Shown one piece after another: positions 16,110 through 23,762 of a stretch of DNA of 30,130 bases. The notes under the pieces were generated by a model. That model did no database searches, was not told the DNA's origin, and worked only from the letters and a program-made list of their open reading frames with translations. The DNA lies in IMG/VR virus record IMGVR_UViG_3300048558_000106, positions 1 through 30,130 of that record. One strand, given 5' to 3'. The DNA is from a virus. Lineage: Duplodnaviria; Caudoviricetes. The position numbers and the translations under genes were made by a program. Each line of letters begins with the position of its first letter. Position 1 is the first letter of the stretch.

Positions 16110-16435
16110 CCGGGGAGTGGCCCGAACAGCCCTCCCTGCGATACCTCATCCACTGGGCCCTCCGGCGCGATGAACTCTGCGAACCGGGCTTGTGTCCGGA
16201 CGGGCCTGCTGGCGGTCGTTGCGACGTCTGCCCGCAAGACAAACTCGACGCCGCGCAGACCACCGAAGCCGGCCTGCTCATCCGGCGCTCCCTCGACCTG
16301 CGGGCCGCGTTGAACCTGGGCATCCGTATCGGCCTGGAAGAGATCCCTGCCAACGAGTTTTACGCGATGCTGATCCTCGACGACGAACGGGACCTGCTGG
16401 ATCGCGAGCGGACGAACATGCATGGCAAGCAATAA
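16106..16435 (+). CDS. -1 frameshift extension of the tail chaperone (gpT-like; fusion ~314 aa)
   Basis: The -1 frame is open from 16103 (FLTGEWPEQPSLRYLIHWAL...) to TAA at 16433-16435 and has no convincing start/RBS of its own. Confidence 0.8.
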   Translation, partial: LTGEWPEQPSLRYLIHWALRRDELCEPGLCPDGPAGGRCDVCPQDKLDAAQTTEAGLLIRRSLDLRAALNLGIRIGLEEIPANEFYAMLILDDERDLLDRERTNMHGKQ

Positions 16436-19400
16436 CCAGATCGAACTGGTCGTCACCGTCGAGGTCGACAAAGCGAACCAGTCCATCAAGAGCGTCAACG
16501 CGAACCTGTCGGGCATCGAAGCCGCCGCCACCAGGTCGGCCCGCGCCGCCTCGCACGGCATCGACGGCATGACGGCCTCGATGGTCAAGGGTGCCACGGC
16601 CGGCAACCTGTTCGCGGACGCGATCAGGAAGGCCATCGAGTTTGCCAAGGAGTGGACCATCACGGCGGCGAAAGAGGCGGCACACGACGAGCGGAGGGCA
16701 GCCGTCACGCGGGCACTCGCCAAGGCACACGGTGACGGCGCTGCCGCCGCGCAGAAGGCCATTGAGGCGATTCAGGAGATCGGGTTCACGTCGGATGATG
16801 CGACCGCCAGCGTTCAGAAACTGATCATCGCGGATATTGGCCTGGAGAGGGCGAAAGGACTCGCGACCATCGCGAAAGACGCCGCCGCCGTCAGCACCGA
16901 AGGACTGGATGCGGCGCAGGCCTTCGAGAAGCTCATGTTGGCAATCGAGACGGGCCAGTCTCGCGGCCTCCGGTCCATGAGCCTGTTCCCCGACCTCGCC
17001 AAAGCGGAGGAGACGGCCCGGTTGCAGGCGCAACTCCACGGCAAGACGCTGTCCGAACTGGAGGTAAAGCAGATCCGGTACAACGCCATCGTGGAGGCGG
17101 CAGTGAAGATTCAGGGATCTGCGGCCGAAGCCGCGAAAGGCGTTGATGGCCAGTTGGCAAAGCTCGGGCGGGAGGTCCACGAACTACAGCAGGACGTTGG
17201 CAAGGCGTTCCAGGGCGAGTTGCAAACAGTCGTCAACATCTTGAAGACAATGGTGGGCTGGTTCAGGGACCATACTGACGCCATCGAGAAGTTCGGGAAA
17301 GGCACGCTGGCTCTTGTCGGCATCATCGCCACGATCACGGCGGCGACGGAAGCCTGGGCCCTCGCGCAGGGCGCGCTCAATCTCGCGATGGCGGTCAACC
17401 CGGCGTTCCTGCTGGCCGGCGGCATTGTTGGCGCGGGCCTGATTATTTATAAAGAGTACTCCGACATGACGGAGGAGATGGAGAGGCGCTACAAGGAGAT
17501 GGAGAACGGCGCGCTCCGCAAGGACGTCCTCTCCGGCAAGACCAAGGTCGAAGACCTCCGCAAGAGGGGCATGACCGACGACCAGATCCGCGAGCTCGTC
17601 TCCGGCCGCAAGATGATCCCCGGCGAGGAGTCTCCGTGGGGCGAGGTAGGCGCTGCCCTGCCCAAGATCAAGATCGGCGGCACCAGTCAGCCCGACCCGG
17701 AGGCGTTGAAGCTCGCCATCGAGGTCCAGAAGCGCATGCGGGAGAACGAGAGGTACTTCAAGGACCAGGCCATCGCCGCGGGAGGCGCGGGGAAGACCGG
17801 GTACGCGAGGGACGTTGCGGAGATGAACGCGGAGATCGCACGGCGCACGTCGTTCACGGATGACAAGGGGACGCATCAGGTCGCGCTCACCAAGTCGGCG
17901 TGGGAATCCATCATCGACACGATGCAGAAGAAGCTCCAGGCGTTCAAAGGTCACTTCGCTCTGGAGAACCGGAAGGCGCTCGCGGATTACCTCAAGGACG
18001 AGGAGGAGAAGCGCCAGCGGGAGATGGAGTTCGAGGCCAAGCGATACCAGGAGCGCCTGAAAAACGACGTGGACATCGCGGAGAAGACCCTCGAGCACCT
18101 GCGGCAGGCATACGCCTTCGAGGAGCAGCGTGCGGGCTTCGAGCGCGACGCGCGCCTGCGCCAGTTGGAGGGCGTGGACGCCGTTACGCTTGAGCAGAAG
18201 ATCGCTGTCGAGCAACAGAAAGCCGCAATCGAGATCGACTATCTGCAAAAAGTCCACGAGGTGAAGCAGGCGCTCTACGACATGGACACGCGCCGGATGC
18301 TGCTCGAAGAGGAGTTGACGCTCAAGCGCTTGGGGTACAAGGCCGACGAGATCAAGGCGCGTATCGCGGAATTGACCCAGCAACGCCAGGACATCCGTGC
18401 TCAGGGCGACGAGGCGAACGACGTCGCGATCCAGGCTGCACGCGAGAACGCCGCCAACCGGACCACGCAGTTGGTGCGCGACCACAACCGGCAGCTCTTC
18501 GAGTCCCTCAAGCAGCAGGCGGGCGGCGTGTTCGACGCCCTCCTGTCCAAGTCGCAGTCCGTCTGGAAGGCCATCGGCAACTCGTTCAAGACCGCCATCC
18601 TGACGGCCATTAAGGAGGTCGTCACGTCGCGTGTAGCGGCCATGCTGATGCAAATGTTCACCGGCCAGAAAGTGTCGTTCGCGGGTGGCGGCGCGGGGCC
18701 TGGCGGTAGCGGCGGGATGCTGAGCGGGCTGGGTGGCCTGCTGGGCGTCGGCGCGGCGCCGGTGTTCAGTGGTGGCGGGCCGATCCCTGGCGGCACGGCG
18801 GGCGGTTGGGGCACGCCGCCGTTTCTGCCGCAAGGGGGCGGCGGCGGTCCTGTAGCGATGGGCGGTGCCGGTGGCGCCGGTGGCGGCGGCGTCACGTCCA
18901 CCGCGGGAGTTGGGATATTGGGCAACCTCAAGCAGAGCGTCCAGGGCTGGAAGGAGATGCTCACGAGCCTCGGCAACCTCGGGTTCAAGCCGGAGCGGTG
19001 GAGCATGGATGAGGCGGGCAACATGACAAAGCTCGCCAACGCGCGTGGCGTCGGCGGGATGAAGGGCGGCGCCATGCTGGCGGCGGGCGCGATGCTCGTG
19101 ATGGACGGCCTGCGGCGTGGTGGCAAGATCGGCGTCGCGGAGACGACCGGAGGCGGCGCGCTCATCGGTGCGAAGTTCGGCGGGCCTTTGGGCGCGGCCA
19201 TCGGCGCCATCGCTGGCTTCGCGGCGGGGATGGTTCGGTTGTTCATCAAGGGCGCGGTCGAGAAGGCCCGTCAAAAAATCAAGGACCTGTACGGCATCGA
19301 TATTCCGGACAAGGCGCTCTTGCAGCAGGTTGTGGACACTGCAAAGCAGCGGTACGGCGGCAACCTCGACATGGCGATCCGCACGGACGAGATCCGCGAC

Positions 19401-19775
19401 CTGATCAAGTTGTACGCCATGAGCACCGGCCAGCCCACCAAGGGCATGCCCGCCACGGTCCATCCGCTCGAACTGGCGCAGTCGGGCGGGTCGCTTTACC
19501 AGTCCCCCGGATACGCGAACGGGGCGGCGCTCCCCGGCATGGGCGGGCTTCCCTCGCTCGACAGCATCGGCGGCGGCGTGGCGTCCGGAGCGGGGCCGGT
19601 GGTGATCCAACTCGACGGGCCAGCGACCACGAGCCTCCTGCGCGGCGAGGCGGTGCATGCCATCGCGGCCAACCCGCGCGTCGTCGCGGGCGCCTCGCTC
19701 AGCGCGGCCAAATCGAACGCTGGACGCCGGGAGTTGACGAGCCTGCAACTCAGCCCCGGCCTGGTGACCTCGTGA
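16422..19775 (+). CDS. Tail tape measure protein (1117 aa)
   Basis: Long Ala-rich helical protein with N-terminal IELVVTVEVD, hydrophobic segments, a charged coiled coil and Gly-zipper C-terminal region; follows the chaperones. Confidence 0.93.
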   Translation: MASNNQIELVVTVEVDKANQSIKSVNANLSGIEAAATRSARAASHGIDGMTASMVKGATAGNLFADAIRKAIEFAKEWTITAAKEAAHDERRAAVTRALAKAHGDGAAAAQKAIEAIQEIGFTSDDATASVQKLIIADIGLERAKGLATIAKDAAAVSTEGLDAAQAFEKLMLAIETGQSRGLRSMSLFPDLAKAEETARLQAQLHGKTLSELEVKQIRYNAIVEAAVKIQGSAAEAAKGVDGQLAKLGREVHELQQDVGKAFQGELQTVVNILKTMVGWFRDHTDAIEKFGKGTLALVGIIATITAATEAWALAQGALNLAMAVNPAFLLAGGIVGAGLIIYKEYSDMTEEMERRYKEMENGALRKDVLSGKTKVEDLRKRGMTDDQIRELVSGRKMIPGEESPWGEVGAALPKIKIGGTSQPDPEALKLAIEVQKRMRENERYFKDQAIAAGGAGKTGYARDVAEMNAEIARRTSFTDDKGTHQVALTKSAWESIIDTMQKKLQAFKGHFALENRKALADYLKDEEEKRQREMEFEAKRYQERLKNDVDIAEKTLEHLRQAYAFEEQRAGFERDARLRQLEGVDAVTLEQKIAVEQQKAAIEIDYLQKVHEVKQALYDMDTRRMLLEEELTLKRLGYKADEIKARIAELTQQRQDIRAQGDEANDVAIQAARENAANRTTQLVRDHNRQLFESLKQQAGGVFDALLSKSQSVWKAIGNSFKTAILTAIKEVVTSRVAAMLMQMFTGQKVSFAGGGAGPGGSGGMLSGLGGLLGVGAAPVFSGGGPIPGGTAGGWGTPPFLPQGGGGGPVAMGGAGGAGGGGVTSTAGVGILGNLKQSVQGWKEMLTSLGNLGFKPERWSMDEAGNMTKLANARGVGGMKGGAMLAAGAMLVMDGLRRGGKIGVAETTGGGALIGAKFGGPLGAAIGAIAGFAAGMVRLFIKGAVEKARQKIKDLYGIDIPDKALLQQVVDTAKQRYGGNLDMAIRTDEIRDLIKLYAMSTGQPTKGMPATVHPLELAQSGGSLYQSPGYANGAALPGMGGLPSLDSIGGGVASGAGPVVIQLDGPATTSLLRGEAVHAIAANPRVVAGASLSAAKSNAGRRELTSLQLSPGLVTS

Positions 19776-20176
19776 TGCCTGGCTCGGTTGCAAACGCTTC
19801 TCCGGCTACCGTGCTGCCGAACAGCCTGTCCTGCGCGTTCGTTCACTCGCGCGAGTACCCGGTCATCGACAACAAGTACCGGAACGGCGAGTCGCAACGG
19901 TCGGCGCAGGCGGCGACCAGCCGCAAGAAGTGGAGTCTCACCAAGCGCCTCGCGCCTGCGCAGTTGGCCGCGCTCCGGACGTTCTACGATGCCCGCAACG
20001 GCACCCACGAACCGTTCTACTTCTACGATCCGTACGAGACGAACCCGAAGTTCTCGTACGACCCGACCGGCGCGGCGGTGACCGGCAGGTACACCGTCCG
20101 GTTCAACACCGATTGGAGCCAGTCGGTCGGGCCTGGCCGGTCGGACGTGCAACTCGAACTGGTCGAACTGGCCTGA
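19775..20176 (+). CDS. Distal tail protein (Dit / gpM / DUF2460-like, 133 aa)
   Basis: Immediately after the tape measure; GESQR...RKKWSL...LRTFYDARNG...PFYFYDP...VRF...LVEL pattern. Confidence 0.8.
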   Translation: MPGSVANASPATVLPNSLSCAFVHSREYPVIDNKYRNGESQRSAQAATSRKKWSLTKRLAPAQLAALRTFYDARNGTHEPFYFYDPYETNPKFSYDPTGAAVTGRYTVRFNTDWSQSVGPGRSDVQLELVELA

Positions 20177-20187
20177 GGGGAGAATCG

Positions 20188-20583
20188 ATGCCTGGAAAAT
20201 CGCAGTCCCACACCGACGCCGTGCTCAACGTCCTCCGCGGCACGGACCTCACCGGAGTCGCGCCGTTCGTCGGCCTGTTCTCCGCAGCGCCCGCCGATGA
20301 CAATTCGGCGGGCACGGAACTGGCTGGCAACGGCTACGCTCGTCAGGCCATCACATTCGGAGCGCCCACGACCGACGCCGGGAACGTCCGGAAGGTGTCG
20401 AACACCAACAACATCCAGTTCGGGCCCGCGCTCGCCAATTGGTCGCAGGCGGTTGCTTTCGGCGTGTTCGCTTCGCTGGCGGGCGCGCTCCTGTACTGGG
20501 ACGTGCTTCCCACTCCCAAGACCGTCGAGCAGGACGACTTCGGCCAGTTCGCGGCGGGGACGCTGGTCGTGAAGGAGGACTAA
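20188..20583 (+). CDS. Small tail-fibre-type structural subunit (131 aa)
   Basis: GGGGAG RBS; VGLFSAAP...ELAGNGYARQAITF...SN..NIQF...W....FGVF....LLYW...F.AGTL pattern typical of small siphovirus minor tail proteins. Confidence 0.75.
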   Translation: MPGKSQSHTDAVLNVLRGTDLTGVAPFVGLFSAAPADDNSAGTELAGNGYARQAITFGAPTTDAGNVRKVSNTNNIQFGPALANWSQAVAFGVFASLAGALLYWDVLPTPKTVEQDDFGQFAAGTLVVKED

Positions 20584-20587
20584 AGCG

Positions 20588-20998
20588 ATGGCCGACAACA
20601 TCGATATCACGCCGGGTGCTGGCAGGACGGTTGCCACGGACGAAGTAAGCGGGCGGCACTACCAACGGGTGAAGCTCACGGGCGGCGCGGAGGGATCGGA
20701 GAACCATGCGAGCGTGCGCGCGGACGGCACGCAGGAGGTAAGCCTTGCGGACGTGAACGCGGCTCTGTACGCGATCCTCGAATCGATTGCCCGCCCGATC
20801 TCCCAGGAACCCGGCACGGGCCGAACGCGCGTGTCCTTGGAGTCTGCGGCGGTGACGATGACCGGCGTCACCACGGTTACGACGGTGAGCACGGTGACCT
20901 CGTTGAACCAGTTGAACACATGGCCCATCAACGACGTGCTTCTCAAGGGGCTCGATCGCAATCTCTGGAACAACTCCGTCCGGCAAAGGATCTCCTGA
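20588..20998 (+). CDS. Putative virion structural protein (136 aa)
   Basis: GGAGG RBS; MADN..ITPG.G..VATDEV...HYQRVKL N-terminus; VTTVTTVSTVTS repeat. Confidence 0.75.
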   Translation: MADNIDITPGAGRTVATDEVSGRHYQRVKLTGGAEGSENHASVRADGTQEVSLADVNAALYAILESIARPISQEPGTGRTRVSLESAAVTMTGVTTVTTVSTVTSLNQLNTWPINDVLLKGLDRNLWNNSVRQRIS

Positions 20999-20999
20999 C

Positions 21000-22544
21000 A
21001 TGCCTACGACTCTCGCTTTCAAGCCTTTGATCGATCTCCCCGAGTGGCGCCCCATCGCGAACGCGCCTGCCGTTTCCGCTGTTGGCTCGCAGTTGGTCGC
21101 CGGCCTTCGCAATAACAGCGACCGTGGCGCGTACGTGTACCTGCTCACGAGCAGTATCCTGCTGCATGAATACGACGTGGAGGACGACGACTGGCTCACC
21201 CTCGGGTCGCCCGCTCTGGCGGGTACTTTCGGCGCGGGCGTGGGCGCGGTGATGATGCCTGCGCAGGGGCCGCGCGGAGTGCTGGCGGGCGGCAACACCA
21301 CGTCGAGCATCGTTCTGAGCACCTCGCTCTCCGCTGCTGTCGCGCCGAACCAACTCGCCAACAAGGGCAACAGCAACGGCTTCAAGATCCGCATCGTTGG
21401 CAATAGCGCGGGCGGGTCCGGCAAGACGGAGATGCGGTACGTCGTCGGGAACACGGGCGGGACGACGCCGACCCTGTATCTCGACTCCCCGCTCTCGTTC
21501 ACGCCGCAGGCCACCGACACGTACGAGATCCGGTCGGGCCGGTTGTACCTGCTGGGCGCGGGCGCACAGGCGGCGGGCCAGTGGAAGTACTACGACATCG
21601 CGACTAACTCGATGTCGAGCAACCTCTCCCTCACGAACCTGCCCGCAACCATCGCCACCGATTCCAGTTTTCTCGCGCTCGACGAGTCGTACGTTCCCTA
21701 CGATGCGGACCCCGGCGAAGGTTTTCTGGCCGTTCTTACCGCGACCGGATCTGCGGCGACCAGTATCACGGGGCAGGCTGCAAGCGGCGACGCTGCCGTG
21801 CTCCTGAACGAGTACCGGAACTTCCAGATCCGGATCGTGGAGGATACGACCATCCCGACCGCTGCGGGACAGCGAAGGAACATCACGTCCCATACGGCGG
21901 GCACCTCGCCGGTCTACACGGTCCCGGCTTGGACGGTTACGCCGTCCGCGAACGCGAAGTTCGTCATCGAGAACAATGGAGACCGCATCCTGCTATGGAC
22001 CTCGGCGCAGCAGAGTACGTACACCTACAACATCGGCGTGAACGCCTGGGACACAACCACGTTCGCCACGCGCGGCGCGGCAATGGGCGCGGGATGCTGT
22101 TCGTTCCCGTCGTTTTTCCTGCGTCCGGACGCGCAGAAGCTCTCGCGCCATAGCTACATCCTCAGTTTCCGTGGTGGCAACGTGGCAACCCTCGATTTGT
22201 TCGATATCGCGGGAGCAGCGACCGGAGCGTGGACGCTGGCCGCCCCGTATGGCGGGTCGGGCGGCGTCCTGTTCAACACTGGATCGTGCGGCACGCCTGA
22301 CCCGTACACCGGCAACGGGCGGTTCGCGTTCATCAACGACAGGGGCACTCAGCGGTGCTTGAAGTTTGACGTGCAGAACCGGGTGCTCAGTCCTGCGTTC
22401 TATCTCCGGTATCCGATGGGTACGGCGGTTGTCGGGCAGCGCATGTCTACTGCCATGTTCGTGGACGGCGACACGAAGCTCGTGTTCCTCATCCTGCAAA
22501 GGATGGCGGGCGCGGAGTGCTTCGAGATGGCCGTCCAGAAGTAA
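21000..22544 (+). CDS. Putative receptor-binding/fibre-tip protein, beta-propeller-like with two inserted repeat domains (514 aa)
   Basis: Kelch-like blade ends (EYDVEDDDW, YYDIATNSM, TYNIGVNAW, LFDIAG...W, KFDVQNRVL); Gly/Thr/Ala-rich; in the tail module. Confidence 0.65.
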   Translation: MPTTLAFKPLIDLPEWRPIANAPAVSAVGSQLVAGLRNNSDRGAYVYLLTSSILLHEYDVEDDDWLTLGSPALAGTFGAGVGAVMMPAQGPRGVLAGGNTTSSIVLSTSLSAAVAPNQLANKGNSNGFKIRIVGNSAGGSGKTEMRYVVGNTGGTTPTLYLDSPLSFTPQATDTYEIRSGRLYLLGAGAQAAGQWKYYDIATNSMSSNLSLTNLPATIATDSSFLALDESYVPYDADPGEGFLAVLTATGSAATSITGQAASGDAAVLLNEYRNFQIRIVEDTTIPTAAGQRRNITSHTAGTSPVYTVPAWTVTPSANAKFVIENNGDRILLWTSAQQSTYTYNIGVNAWDTTTFATRGAAMGAGCCSFPSFFLRPDAQKLSRHSYILSFRGGNVATLDLFDIAGAATGAWTLAAPYGGSGGVLFNTGSCGTPDPYTGNGRFAFINDRGTQRCLKFDVQNRVLSPAFYLRYPMGTAVVGQRMSTAMFVDGDTKLVFLILQRMAGAECFEMAVQK

Positions 22545-22547
22545 CCC

Positions 22548-23174
22548 ATGTCCCTCTTGCTGCTGTTTGGCGGCAAGACGATCCACGCCCTCGCGGGTGT
22601 GGCGGTCGGCCAAGGCAGTGGTGCCGCTCGACTGGCGGTCCTCCGGCGCATAGCCGGTGCCGCTTCCGGCCACGGGACCGCAAACGGGCCACTGGCGCGC
22701 GTAGTCCCGGTGGCTGGCCTGGCTGCTGGCGGCGGGACCGTCTCCGGCGCGCTCCGGGTAGCTCGCGCCCTGCGCGGGATCGCCGCCGCCTCCGGTGCGG
22801 TGGCGGCGCGCCTGGCGGTCGTCCGGAAGTTCGCTGCAGCGACTGCAGGATTGGCTGACGTTCGCGCACGGTTGGCCCGTGTGCGCCCGCTGGCTGGCGA
22901 GGCGTCCGGTACGTCCACCGTCCTCGGGCACGTGTCCTGCGTGCGCACGTTGGCGGGTGTGGCCACTGGCTGGTCCCGCGTCATTGGCGTCCTGCTGTCG
23001 TCGGTCGGGACGCCAGCCACCCGCAGGTTTCGCGTCCGGCGGGAGGCACGTACGCTGCCGGTCGCATGCGAAACCCGGTTGCATCGCGTGCGGCGCGAGA
23101 CGCGCGCCCTTGCGATTGCGGCGGAGGACCGGATCATCCATCCGCAAGCCGAGACGAGGAGCATCGACGCATGA
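22548..23174 (+). CDS. Repeat protein with seven 20-aa Ala/Gly repeats and five ExR repeats (putative fibre scaffold, 208 aa)
   Basis: Starts 3 nt after the previous stop and ends in an ATGA overlap with the next gene; strict 20-aa periodicity. Confidence 0.75.
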   Translation: MSLLLLFGGKTIHALAGVAVGQGSGAARLAVLRRIAGAASGHGTANGPLARVVPVAGLAAGGGTVSGALRVARALRGIAAASGAVAARLAVVRKFAAATAGLADVRARLARVRPLAGEASGTSTVLGHVSCVRTLAGVATGWSRVIGVLLSSVGTPATRRFRVRREARTLPVACETRLHRVRRETRALAIAAEDRIIHPQAETRSIDA

Positions 23175-23440
23175 CGTTCACAAAAGACCCGGATGCGGTC
23201 CTCGACTATTCGGTCGATTGGTTCCTGTGGTTGGCGGGCGACCAGATTTCCTCAAGCGACTGGATCATGGAGCAGGGCGCGACCATCGAGAAGATCACCG
23301 ACACGTTCACCACCAGCAGAACGGTGGTGTGGCTAGGCGGTGGGGACGAGGGCGTCACCTACCTCGTGACAAACCGGATCGTGACCCTTGGTGGCAGGAC
23401 GGACGACCGCACCATCTGCGTCAAAGTGAAGGACCGTTGA
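23171..23440 (+). CDS. Putative fibre-tail adaptor protein (89 aa)
   Basis: GAGGAG RBS; KDPDAVLDYSVDW...W...TVVWLGGG..G..Y.VTNRI.T..GRTDDRTI small beta-sandwich pattern. Confidence 0.75.
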   Translation: MTFTKDPDAVLDYSVDWFLWLAGDQISSSDWIMEQGATIEKITDTFTTSRTVVWLGGGDEGVTYLVTNRIVTLGGRTDDRTICVKVKDR

Positions 23441-23441
23441 G

Positions 23442-23762
23442 TTGCTGTTCCTGAAAGCCGGAGTCCGGATCGGTGGGATGCGCCCCGAACTCGTCCTGGC
23501 GGTGATTGCCGCGGAGAGGGTGTACGAGGAGGCGGGCCACGACTTCACGATCACGGCGTGCGTGGACGGCAAGCACATGACCGGCTCCCTCCACTATGCG
23601 GGCGCGGCCATCGACAGTCGCACGCGCGGTATCCCGCTCGCGGAGGTGCAGAAGCTCATCGCGCGCATCAAGGCGTGCCTGGGCGACGACTTCGACGTCG
23701 TCCTGGAAATCGATCATCTGCATCTGGAGTACCTGCCCAAGCAACCCCTGACCAATGTCTGA
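23442..23762 (+). CDS. Peptidase M15-type zinc peptidoglycan hydrolase (endolysin candidate, 106 aa)
   Basis: SLHYAGAAID matches SxHxxGxAxD, and EIDHLHLEY supplies the distal HxH zinc ligand. Confidence 0.8.
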   Translation: MLFLKAGVRIGGMRPELVLAVIAAERVYEEAGHDFTITACVDGKHMTGSLHYAGAAIDSRTRGIPLAEVQKLIARIKACLGDDFDVVLEIDHLHLEYLPKQPLTNV

